Shown: one piece after another, positions 8,321 to 16,388 of the stretch
How positions within the stretch are numbered: the first letter of the stretch is position 1
How the letters are laid out: each line of letters begins with the position of its first letter
Assembly (NCBI GenBank): GCA_012511525.1
Contig: JAAZFW010000099.1
Coordinates: 1 to 24,703, forward strand
Length of the DNA: 24,703 nt
Direction of reading: 5' to 3'
Source: Clostridiaceae bacterium
GTDB lineage: Bacteria; Bacillota; Clostridia; Saccharofermentanales; UBA5734
The notes under the pieces: generated by a model
The model's input: only the letters and a program-made list of their open reading frames with translations
Database searches by the model: none
Told to the model about the DNA's origin: nothing
Made by a program: the position numbers and the translations under genes

Positions 8321-9030
8321 TGAAAAAAGCACTCATCGTCGACGACGACCCCAACATCAGTGAACTGCTGCGCCTTTATTTCGATAAGGACGGTTTTGCC
8401 GTCATCACGTGCCTCGACGGTGAGAAGGCGGTCGAGACCTTCAACCAGGCCAATCCGGATGTCGTCATATTGGACCTGATGCTGCCCGGACGCGACGGCT
8501 ACGACATCATGCGCGACATCCGGCGCTCGTCCGATGTTCCGATCCTCATGCTGACCGCCCGCGGCGATACGCTGGACAAGGTCGTCGGCCTGGAACTGGG
8601 CGCGGACGATTACATCCAGAAACCCTTTGAGCCCAAAGAACTGATGGCGCGCGTCAAGGCTGTGCTGCGCCGCTATGAGAGCGGCCAGGAACCTAAATTC
8701 GTCCCCGGTGCGCGGGAGGGCGGCGAGGTGGCTGACTACCCTGGTTTGCGCGTCGACAAATCGCGCTACACGGTCAGCGTCAACGAACGGGAACTCGAGA
8801 TGCCGCCCAAGGAGCTTGAACTCCTTTTTTTCCTCGCCACGCACCCCAATCGCGTTTTTACGCGCGAGCAGCTGCTGGAAAATGTTTGGGGCTATGACTT
8901 CTATGGCGAGTCGCGCACGGTCGATGTCCACATCAAGCGCATTCGCGAAAAGCTCGAAGCGGCCGGACCGCATCCGTCCTGGTCGATCAAGACCGTCTGG
9001 AGCGTCGGCTACAAATTCGAGACGGCCTGA
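8320..9030 (+). CDS. OmpR/PhoB-family DNA-binding response regulator
   Basis: Receiver domain (IVDDD, LDLMLPGRDG, MLTAR, GADDYIQKPF) plus winged-helix domain (RVFTREQLLENVWG, RTVDVHIKRIREKL). Start overlaps the nrdR stop (TGATG). Confidence 0.95.
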   Translation: MKKALIVDDDPNISELLRLYFDKDGFAVITCLDGEKAVETFNQANPDVVILDLMLPGRDGYDIMRDIRRSSDVPILMLTARGDTLDKVVGLELGADDYIQKPFEPKELMARVKAVLRRYESGQEPKFVPGAREGGEVADYPGLRVDKSRYTVSVNERELEMPPKELELLFFLATHPNRVFTREQLLENVWGYDFYGESRTVDVHIKRIREKLEAAGPHPSWSIKTVWSVGYKFETA

Positions 9031-9039
9031 CACGAAGCG

Positions 9040-10545
9040 ATGGCAAGGCGCTTGTTTTCCCGGTCCTTCTATGTACGGACGATCGTCCAGCTGACATTGG
9101 CCATCCTGGTTGTTTTTTTGGTTCTCAGCCTGGTTTACTACGCCATCGTGTCGCGCAACAGCATGCGCCAGCAAGCAAACAAACTGCTCAACGCAGCCCA
9201 GGCCATCTCCAGCGCCATTGCGATCAACCTCAGTGCCGACGGCGATATCGAGAACCCGCAGGTGAACAGCTTTGTGAATTTCACCGCCCGTTCCAGCGGC
9301 GCGATCGTCTGGATTATCAATTTCAGGGGCGAGATCATCCTGCAGACCGGTTTGCCGGCGGTGGTGCGCGAACGGCTGGAACGATCCGAGCGCGGTTATT
9401 TCGTCCTGCCCGATGAATTCCTGGCAGCGAAAAGCAGCGGCACCTCCGGCATGACCCAGGGCGGTGACTTTTCCGGCCTGCTGGCCGACAGCGGGGCCTA
9501 CTGGCTGTCGGCGGCCTACCCGGTTCCAACCGGGAATTTCGGCTACCGCGGCGAAATACAGCTGCACATGCAGACGCAGGACGTCAATTTTACCGCTTTC
9601 CTGATGACCAACGGCCTGATCGTGTCATTTCTGGTCGCGTTCGCCACCGCGCTTGTGATCAACGGCATCATCTCGCGCAACATCACCCGCCCGATCCGCC
9701 TGCTCTCCGAAGCGGCCGAGAAGGTGACCCGCGGCGATCTGAGCGCTCGGGTCGAACTGCCGAAAAAGGCGCCTGGACGGCTGCAGGGTTTGGTGACCGA
9801 TGACCTGACCGGCCTGGTCGAGACAATGAACAGCATGATGGACAAGTTGGCCAACCAGGAACGCGACCGCAAGGACTTCATCTCCAGCGTCTCCCATGAC
9901 CTGCGCACCCCGATCACCACGATCCGCGGTTTTGTCGAGGGCATGCTCGACGGGACGATCCCGCCGGAACGATCGCCGCACTACCTGGAGATCGTTAAGC
10001 AGGAGGTTTTGCGTCTTCAGACCTTGGTCAACACGATGTTCGAGGGCACCGTTCTGGAAAGCGCACAAAAGATCAACCAGACGGTTTTCGACATCAACCA
10101 GGTTATCAAGGAAGATATCATCGGTCTGGAGTCGTTGCTGTCCGAAAAGCGGCTCGACGTCCAGACGGAATTTCTAAATGACGACAACGGCAGACTGCTC
10201 GTCCTCGGCGACCGCGAGGCGATCAGCCGGGTCGTATACAACATCGTGTCCAATGCCATCCATTACACGCCTGACGACGGCATCATCGCCCTGACGACGC
10301 GCAAATCAGACCGCCCCAAGGAGATTGAAGTCGTTATCGACGATTCAGGCCCGGGCATTCCTGAACAGGAATACCCGTATATCTTCGACCGCTTCTATAA
10401 AGTCGACAAGTCACGCACGTCCAAGGGATCCGGACTGGGGCTTTATATCTGCCGCACCATCCTGGCCGCCCACGGCCAGAAAATCCGGGTGGCGCGCAGC
10501 GATCTCGGCGGGGCCCGTTTCATTTTCACGTTGCAAAGCCCCTGA
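9040..10545 (+). CDS. Membrane sensor histidine kinase (2 TM, HAMP, HisKA, HATPase)
   Basis: H-box SVSHDLRTPITTIRGF, N-box NIVSNAIHY, G boxes DSGPGI / IFDRFYK / GSGLGL. Two hydrophobic segments flank an external domain. No obvious cytoplasmic PAS domain. Confidence 0.95.
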   Translation: MARRLFSRSFYVRTIVQLTLAILVVFLVLSLVYYAIVSRNSMRQQANKLLNAAQAISSAIAINLSADGDIENPQVNSFVNFTARSSGAIVWIINFRGEIILQTGLPAVVRERLERSERGYFVLPDEFLAAKSSGTSGMTQGGDFSGLLADSGAYWLSAAYPVPTGNFGYRGEIQLHMQTQDVNFTAFLMTNGLIVSFLVAFATALVINGIISRNITRPIRLLSEAAEKVTRGDLSARVELPKKAPGRLQGLVTDDLTGLVETMNSMMDKLANQERDRKDFISSVSHDLRTPITTIRGFVEGMLDGTIPPERSPHYLEIVKQEVLRLQTLVNTMFEGTVLESAQKINQTVFDINQVIKEDIIGLESLLSEKRLDVQTEFLNDDNGRLLVLGDREAISRVVYNIVSNAIHYTPDDGIIALTTRKSDRPKEIEVVIDDSGPGIPEQEYPYIFDRFYKVDKSRTSKGSGLGLYICRTILAAHGQKIRVARSDLGGARFIFTLQSP

Positions 10546-10553
10546 TGGCGCCT

Positions 10554-10587
10554 TGTTCATAGTGCATTCACTTTTTTTCGCTAGAAT
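10554..10587 (+). promoter_or_regulatory. Putative activator-dependent internal promoter for the htrA-like gene
   Basis: TAGAAT at 10582-10587 with no recognisable -35. TTCAT (10556) and TTCAC (10567) repeats lie 11 bp apart in the -35 zone. AT-rich gap between genes. Confidence 0.35.
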
Positions 10588-10619
10588 GGAAAGTACCTTT
10601 CCGGATGGGAGGATTTTTG

Positions 10620-11954
10620 TTGAAGACCAAAACAAAATGGATCGCGGGCCTGTTCGTCTTGCTGCTGCTTTCAGCGATCGCATCCTCGCTTTTAACCGCC
10701 GCGGTATTGCTCCGTTTTATCCGAACCGGCCGGACCTGGCCCTGCCTGGCCCAGGTTACCGGCCTGGACAGCTTGAGAATCGTCTCACAGAGCACGGAAC
10801 CGTCTGCGACGGGCGGAACCGAACGGACCCCGACACCCAAGCCAAGCGCGACGCCTACCCCCCGGCCGACAACGACTCCGTCACCCAGCCCGACACCTGA
10901 GCCGAGCGCGAGTCCGACGCCATCACCGACGCCATCGATGCATAACGCATCGGAGACGCTGGCGTTGTGGCAAACCCAGCGGCTGGTTCAGCAGATCTAC
11001 GACATGATCGAGCCGTCTGTAGTCGGGATTCGGGTCGAGGTGCCCGCCAGCGGTGCCCAGACCACCCGAACCAACGAGGCCAGCGGCCTGATCATCGACA
11101 ACCAGGGGACTGTTGTGACCAGTGCCTCAGTCCTGTCGATCGCCCTGGACAGATCGGGCAACCTGCTGCCGGCGGCGCAAGTCCTTGTGTTCCTGAACGG
11201 CTCCGACAGCCCTGTCACGGGGCGTGTCGTCGGCCGCGACATTGTGACCGGGCTGGCCGTGATCGACCTTTCAGAGGAGTCCGGCAAGCGGATTTTCCAG
11301 CCGGCGCGGCTTTCCGGCAGCTCGGACATTCGGGTCGGGCAGATGATCCTGAGCGTCGGCTTCCCCGATCTTCTCAATGAGGCCGGCAACCTTTCCAGCG
11401 GCCTGATCAGCGCGGTTAAGCGCAGCGTCGTCCTGGAGAACGGCACCGAGGTCCAGATGATCATGACGGATCTGCCGTCTGCCGGGTTTTGTACCGGCGC
11501 CCCGCTGCTCAATTTGCAGGGCGAGGTGATCGGCCTGGCCAACTGCGGCCTGGCCCGCGAATCATATGACACGCAGATCTATGCGCTGCCGACCAGCGCC
11601 ATGCTGGCTGTCGCGCGGGATATTGTGCGCGACAGCGAGCATGCCGAGGCCAAAGCCTGGCTCGGTCTGACTGTGCTCAAGCAGGACAGCTTCCTGGAAC
11701 TGCAGCGTCTGTACCGATTCCCGGACGGCCTTTATGTCAGCAGCGTGGTCGCGGACAGCCCGGCTTACGCGGCCGACGTGCGCAAAGGCGACATCATCAC
11801 GGCGATCAATGACCAGCCGGTTCTGGACGCGGCGGAGCTGAGCGCCCTGCTCAAGGATGCCGAGCCTGGAACGGCGCTTCGCCTCAGCGTTTTCCGGAAG
11901 GCGGACAGCCAGACCCTGGAGATCCTGGTTTATTTGCAGGAGCTGATCCGATGA
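10620..11954 (+). CDS. HtrA/DegP-like trypsin-fold + PDZ membrane-anchored protein, predicted catalytically inactive
   Basis: Trypsin-like scaffold (SVVGI, SGLIID..G.VVT, GRD...LAVI, VGQMILSVG, IMTD, PLLNLQGEVIG) plus PDZ (WLGLTV, GLYVSSVVADSPA, GDIITAIN). TTG 10620 is 7 nt after GGGAGG; track start is ATG 10605. Triad residues are substituted. Confidence 0.88.
   Translation: MKTKTKWIAGLFVLLLLSAIASSLLTAAVLLRFIRTGRTWPCLAQVTGLDSLRIVSQSTEPSATGGTERTPTPKPSATPTPRPTTTPSPSPTPEPSASPTPSPTPSMHNASETLALWQTQRLVQQIYDMIEPSVVGIRVEVPASGAQTTRTNEASGLIIDNQGTVVTSASVLSIALDRSGNLLPAAQVLVFLNGSDSPVTGRVVGRDIVTGLAVIDLSEESGKRIFQPARLSGSSDIRVGQMILSVGFPDLLNEAGNLSSGLISAVKRSVVLENGTEVQMIMTDLPSAGFCTGAPLLNLQGEVIGLANCGLARESYDTQIYALPTSAMLAVARDIVRDSEHAEAKAWLGLTVLKQDSFLELQRLYRFPDGLYVSSVVADSPAYAADVRKGDIITAINDQPVLDAAELSALLKDAEPGTALRLSVFRKADSQTLEILVYLQELIR
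10827..10937 (+). repeat. Pro/Thr/Ser-rich low-complexity linker coding region
   Basis: Encodes TPTPKPSATPTPRPTTTPSPSPTPEPSASPTPSPTPS. Confidence 0.9.
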
Positions 11955-12610
11955 TTGATGCCGAACCTTTAAAGCGCGACGGGCTGCGCCGGCAAGGCGC
12001 CGTTGTCATGCGGCTGCTGCGCCAGACTTATCCTCAGGCTGTGTGCACCCTGGACCATGCGGAGCCCTGGCAACTGCTGGTGGCCGCCATCTTGTCGGCT
12101 CAGTGCACCGACGCCAGGGTCAACGTGATCACACCGGCCTTGTTCAGTCATTTCCCCGATGCCCAGGCGATGGCCAAAGCAGACCAGGCCAAGGTCGAAG
12201 AGCTGATCCGCAGCTGCGGGCTTTTCCGCACCAAGGCTCGTTCGATCATCGCCAGCAGCCGGGAGATCGTGGCGCACCATCTCGGCCGGGTGCCGGACAC
12301 GCTCGAGGCTCTGACCTCGCTGCCGGGCGTCGGGCGCAAAATCGCCAACCTGATCCTGGGCGACGCCTACGGCGTACCCGCGATTGTCGTCGACACCCAC
12401 TGCGCCCGCATCTCCGCCCTGATCGGCTTGACAGACCACACGGACCCTGCCCGGGTCGAGAAAGATCTGGCCGAGGTTCTCGATCCGGCCGATTGGATCG
12501 ACTACGGGCACCTGATGGTCGAGCATGGCCGCACCCTGTGCGTGGCTCGCCGGCCTGACTGCGCCAACTGCCCGTTGGCCCCCCATTGCCGTTATGCCGC
12601 CGGATCCTGA
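11951..12610 (+). CDS. nth: Endonuclease III (HhH-GPD DNA glycosylase/AP lyase)
   Basis: LLVAAILSAQCTDARVN, HhH LPGVGRKIAN, VDTH, and [4Fe-4S] motif C-X6-C-X2-C-X5-C. ATGA overlap with the upstream gene. Confidence 0.96.
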   Translation: MIDAEPLKRDGLRRQGAVVMRLLRQTYPQAVCTLDHAEPWQLLVAAILSAQCTDARVNVITPALFSHFPDAQAMAKADQAKVEELIRSCGLFRTKARSIIASSREIVAHHLGRVPDTLEALTSLPGVGRKIANLILGDAYGVPAIVVDTHCARISALIGLTDHTDPARVEKDLAEVLDPADWIDYGHLMVEHGRTLCVARRPDCANCPLAPHCRYAAGS

Positions 12611-14717
12611 TCCCAAACCCGTCAGGCAGTTCCTGTGGCAGCAGCCGGTGAAGATGCTGCCGGGTGTCGCCGCGCGCCGGGCCGCCCAATTGCAAAAGCT
12701 GGGCATCGAAACCTGGTTTGACCTGCTGTGCTGGTTCCCCCGCGAATATGAGAACTGGGCCGACCTGGTTCCGCTTTCCGAACTGGCCGACGGGCAAGAG
12801 CAGACGTTCCAGGCCGGCGTACAGCGCAAGCCGAACCTGAGCCGAAAAGGCCGGCTGTCGATGCTGCGCACGGTGCTGGGCGATGGCCATCACACGGTAT
12901 CGGCCATCTGGTTCAACCAGCCGTGGCTGTCGGATAAGCTTGAAGTCGGCATGGTTTGCCGCTTCCATGGCCTGGTTAAGCGCAACGGGCGGACCTTCCA
13001 GGTTCAAAACCCCGCGTTCGAAGCGGTCGATAACCCGGATGAGCCCGCGTCTTCGTTCGGCTACCGGCCGATATACCGACTGACCGCCGGCATGACGCAG
13101 GGCGTGATGCGCCAGCTGATCCAGTCTCTTCTTAACCGGACTGCCGACAACCTGCCCGAACCGCTGCCGGCCTGGCTGCGCCGGCGTTACCAGCTGTGCG
13201 CGGCCGATTTTGCCTACAGCCGGATCCACCAGCCCGCTGATGAACACGATATCGCACTGTGCCGCCGCCGGATCGGCTTTGAGGAGCTCTTTTTGCTCCG
13301 CACCGGACTCTGGCTGCTGCGCCGGCATCGCCGCCAGGAAGCCAGCGCGCTGGCGCTGTCGCCCGATGCGGCCGGGCTATCGGCGCTGGATGCGTTTTTG
13401 GAGCGATTGCCCTTCGCGCTGACCGCCGCCCAGCGGCGCTCCTGGCAAGAAATTATGGCCGATCTCGGCCGGCCGCACCCGATGAACCGGCTGCTCCAGG
13501 GCGATGTCGGGTCTGGTAAAACGGTGGTCGCGGCCCTGGCCATGCTTGCGTGCAGCCTGGGCGGTGCCCAGTCGGCCTTGATGGCGCCCACCTCGATCCT
13601 GGCGCGCCAGCACCACCAGACCCTGTGCCGAATCCTTGAAGGGAGCGCACCGGCTCCGGCCTTGTTGACCGGCGCCACCCGTGCCGCCGAGAAACGTGAA
13701 ATTTTATCGGGGCTGGCCGACGGCAGCATCCGGATGGTGGTCGGCACGCACGCCCTGCTGGAAGACGTGGTCGTTTTCCAGCGCCTGGCCCTGACGATCA
13801 CCGACGAACAGCATCGCTTTGGGGTCGGCCAGCGCCGCCGCCTGGGCCAGCTGCAGGAAGATGAGGGCAAGCTCCAACCGCATGTGCTGGTGATGTCCGC
13901 CACACCGATCCCGCGTTCACTCGCCCTGGTGCTCTACGGCGACATGGATGTCTCCCTGATCGACGAGCTGCCGCCAGGCCGGAGCCCGGTGGCCACCTAT
14001 ACCGCCGCCGGCCGCGACCGGCCCCGGGTCGAGCAGCTGATGCGCCGTACGGTCGCTGAAGGGCGCCAGGTCTATGTCGTCTGCCCGATGATCGAGGAGC
14101 AGGAGGCGCTGGACCTCGAATCCGTCACGGCGGTCTACAACCGCCTGGCCCAACAGGTTTTTCCCGAGTTCAAGGTCGGCCTGCTGCACGGCGCGCTGCG
14201 TCAGGCCGTCAAGGACGAGGTCATGGACCAGTTCATGGCCAACCATCTGCAGATCCTGGTCAGCACGACGGTCATAGAGGTCGGGGTCGACAACCCCAAC
14301 GCCACCTTGATGGTGATCGAAAACGCGGAGCGGTTCGGACTGGCCCAGCTGCACCAGCTGCGCGGCCGGATCGGGCGCGGCGCGCACCGATCCCTGTGTG
14401 TCCTGATCAGCGACAGCAGCGACGATCTGGGCCGCAAACGGCTCAAGGCGATCTGCCATGCCGCCGACGGTTTTGCCGTTGCCGAACAGGATCTGCAGCT
14501 GCGCGGCCCAGGTGATTTTTTCGGTACACGCCAGCACGGGTTGCCGCCGCTGCGGATGGCCAACCTGTACCGGGACACGGCCCTGATGCACGACGTACAG
14601 GAGGGGCTGCAAGCCATGATCCAGGAAGACCCCGATCTGCAAAATCCGGAGCACAGCCGCCTGCGCGCGCTGATCGTCAGCCGCTATCCGGAGGTGTTCC
14701 GGAACATCGGGCTGTAG
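12594..14717 (+). CDS. recG: ATP-dependent DNA helicase RecG
   Basis: RLLQGDVGSGKT, DEQHRFG, MSATPIPR, QLHQLRGRIGRG, LRGPGDFFGTRQHG. ATG 12594 fits the usual RecG N-terminus and overlaps nth by 17 bp; the track start at 12525 is probably too early. Confidence 0.95.
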   Translation: MPPDPDPKPVRQFLWQQPVKMLPGVAARRAAQLQKLGIETWFDLLCWFPREYENWADLVPLSELADGQEQTFQAGVQRKPNLSRKGRLSMLRTVLGDGHHTVSAIWFNQPWLSDKLEVGMVCRFHGLVKRNGRTFQVQNPAFEAVDNPDEPASSFGYRPIYRLTAGMTQGVMRQLIQSLLNRTADNLPEPLPAWLRRRYQLCAADFAYSRIHQPADEHDIALCRRRIGFEELFLLRTGLWLLRRHRRQEASALALSPDAAGLSALDAFLERLPFALTAAQRRSWQEIMADLGRPHPMNRLLQGDVGSGKTVVAALAMLACSLGGAQSALMAPTSILARQHHQTLCRILEGSAPAPALLTGATRAAEKREILSGLADGSIRMVVGTHALLEDVVVFQRLALTITDEQHRFGVGQRRRLGQLQEDEGKLQPHVLVMSATPIPRSLALVLYGDMDVSLIDELPPGRSPVATYTAAGRDRPRVEQLMRRTVAEGRQVYVVCPMIEEQEALDLESVTAVYNRLAQQVFPEFKVGLLHGALRQAVKDEVMDQFMANHLQILVSTTVIEVGVDNPNATLMVIENAERFGLAQLHQLRGRIGRGAHRSLCVLISDSSDDLGRKRLKAICHAADGFAVAEQDLQLRGPGDFFGTRQHGLPPLRMANLYRDTALMHDVQEGLQAMIQEDPDLQNPEHSRLRALIVSRYPEVFRNIGL

Positions 14718-14738
14718 CCGGGCCGGGGAGGGAAGACG

Positions 14739-15299
14739 ATGCCACGCATTATTTCCGGGACGGCGCGCGGGACGCGCCTGGCAGCCCCGCGGGGCGACAA
14801 GACACGGCCGACGGCGGACCGGGTCAAGGAGGCTTTGTTTTCCATCCTGCAATCTGACTGGCCCGCGGATGGTTTTCTTGATCTGTTCGCCGGAACCGGG
14901 CAGATCGGCCTGGAAGCCGCTTCGCGCGGGGCCGGCCGCGTCGTGCTGGTCGAGAAAGACCAAAACTGCCTTTTGATCATCCGTGAGAACAGCCATCGCG
15001 CGCACCTTGAAACACAGGTCCGCCTGCTGGGGCAGGACGCAGCCCGGGCCCTGGCCGGTCTCTCAGAAAGGTTCGATGTCATTTTCGCCGATCCGCCCTA
15101 TCGACTGGTCCAGGCGGTGTGCGACCGACTCGGCTCTGAGCTGGCCAGGCTGCTGGCACCCGGCGGGCGGCTCATCATCGAGCATGACAGCCGCGACCCG
15201 GCCCCGTCATTTGTAACCAATTTGCAACTTGAGCGATGTTGCCAGTATGGAACGGCAATGCTATCATTTTATAGAAGGGCGCCGGATGGCGCCTCCTGA
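14739..15299 (+). CDS. rsmD: 16S rRNA m2G966 methyltransferase RsmD
   Basis: MPRIISGTARG, TRPTADRVKEALFSIL, LDLFAGTGQIGLEAASRGA, DPPY. RBS GGAGG. recG-rsmD-coaD synteny. Confidence 0.93.
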   Translation: MPRIISGTARGTRLAAPRGDKTRPTADRVKEALFSILQSDWPADGFLDLFAGTGQIGLEAASRGAGRVVLVEKDQNCLLIIRENSHRAHLETQVRLLGQDAARALAGLSERFDVIFADPPYRLVQAVCDRLGSELARLLAPGGRLIIEHDSRDPAPSFVTNLQLERCCQYGTAMLSFYRRAPDGAS

Positions 15300-15331
15300 T
15301 GCTGTGCCGACAGGAGAGAGGCGGTGATGTG

Positions 15332-15838
15332 GTGCGCACCATGATCTACCCCGGTACGTTTGATCCACTGACAAACGGACACCTGGACATTGTCCGCCGC
15401 GCCGTCCGCCTGTGTGACCGGCTCATCGTCGCGGTCCTGGTCAACAGCGCCAAGCAAACGGCCTTCAGCGCGGCAGAACGGAAAGCGATGATCCAAACGG
15501 TCCTGCAGGATCTGAGGACGGTCGAAGTCGTCCATTTTGACGGTCTGCTGGTCGACCTTTATCGCCGCGAGGGCGCCTGTGCCGTTGTACGCGGGCTGCG
15601 CAGCGAGTCTGATTTTCGCTTCGAAGCTGAGATGGCAGCGGCCAACAAGCTGCTGCTTCCGAGCTACGAGACATGCCTTCTGCCTTGCCGCATCGACCTG
15701 GCTTTCACGAGTTCGTCGATTGTCCGGGAAGTCGCGTCTTACGGAGGCGATATATCCGGCATGGTGCCGTCGGCATTGATCGAAAAGATCTGCGAGCGGT
15801 TCGCCGCCAGGAACAGCCAACAAAGACCGGAGGGGTGA
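15332..15838 (+). CDS. coaD: Phosphopantetheine adenylyltransferase
   Basis: YPGTFDPLTNGHLD (HxGH-type), VVRGLRSESDFRFE, SSSIVREVASYGGD. GTG 15332 after GGCGGTGA gives the canonical N-terminus length; track start is 15299. Confidence 0.95.
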   Translation: MRTMIYPGTFDPLTNGHLDIVRRAVRLCDRLIVAVLVNSAKQTAFSAAERKAMIQTVLQDLRTVEVVHFDGLLVDLYRREGACAVVRGLRSESDFRFEAEMAAANKLLLPSYETCLLPCRIDLAFTSSSIVREVASYGGDISGMVPSALIEKICERFAARNSQQRPEG

Positions 15839-15848
15839 CTGAACCGCC

Positions 15849-16319
15849 ATGTATGAGCAACGCCAGGGCAAAAGCCCGGACCAAAGCATCGAAGATCTGA
15901 TCAACCGGTTGGACCATGCGGTCGCGACCGCGCGCAACGTGCCGTTTTCCAACAGCTGCATGGTTGACCGCGAAGAGATGACCGTCCTGATCAGCATGAT
16001 CCGGGACAACCTGCCGGCCGAATTGAAGCAGGCCAAATGGCTGCTTGAGCAGAACCGGCAGCTGATCGCCGAAGCGCGCAAGGAAGCCGAGAGCATGATC
16101 CGCGAAGCGGAATCGCGCATGGCGGCGATGATCGACGAGCACGAGATCACCCAGCAGGCCAGGCAGCAGGCCAGCCAGACCATCGATGCGGCCAACAATT
16201 CGGCCCGCCAGATCCGCAATGGTTCGATCGAGTACGCCCGCAAGCGGCTCTCCGACCTTGAGGAGCAATTAACCGGCATGCTGGTCATGATCCAGAAAAA
16301 CTTGCAGGAGCTGCGTTAA
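15849..16319 (+). CDS. Conserved coiled-coil protein, SepIVA/DivIVA-like (often labelled ATPase subunit-like)
   Basis: Pattern ARNVPFSNSCMVDREE...IRDNLPAELKQAKWLL followed by a long AEA/EAE-rich helix. Lies directly after coaD. RBS GGAGGGGTGA. Family assignment is from recalled synteny and pattern. Confidence 0.7.
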   Translation: MYEQRQGKSPDQSIEDLINRLDHAVATARNVPFSNSCMVDREEMTVLISMIRDNLPAELKQAKWLLEQNRQLIAEARKEAESMIREAESRMAAMIDEHEITQQARQQASQTIDAANNSARQIRNGSIEYARKRLSDLEEQLTGMLVMIQKNLQELR

Positions 16320-16337
16320 AAAAAGTTCTTCCGACTG

Positions 16338-16367
16338 AAAAGGCTGTCCGTCACCGGACAGCCTTTT
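16338..16367. terminator. Bidirectional rho-independent terminator
   Basis: Perfect 13-bp inverted repeat AAAAGGCTGTCCG-TCAC-CGGACAGCCTTTT between convergent genes, giving U-tracts on both strands. Confidence 0.92.
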
Positions 16368-16388
16368 GCTTTGTGTTTGGGACAGCTG

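Noticed and set aside
8320-10545. Naming the two-component system walRK, phoPR, cssRS or resDE
   Set aside because: Only the family can be supported. The kinase lacks an obvious cytoplasmic PAS domain, and orthology needs a phylogeny.
10620-11954. Calling the htrA-like gene a pseudogene
   Set aside because: No frameshift or stop, intact RBS and domain architecture. The changes concentrate on catalytic motifs.
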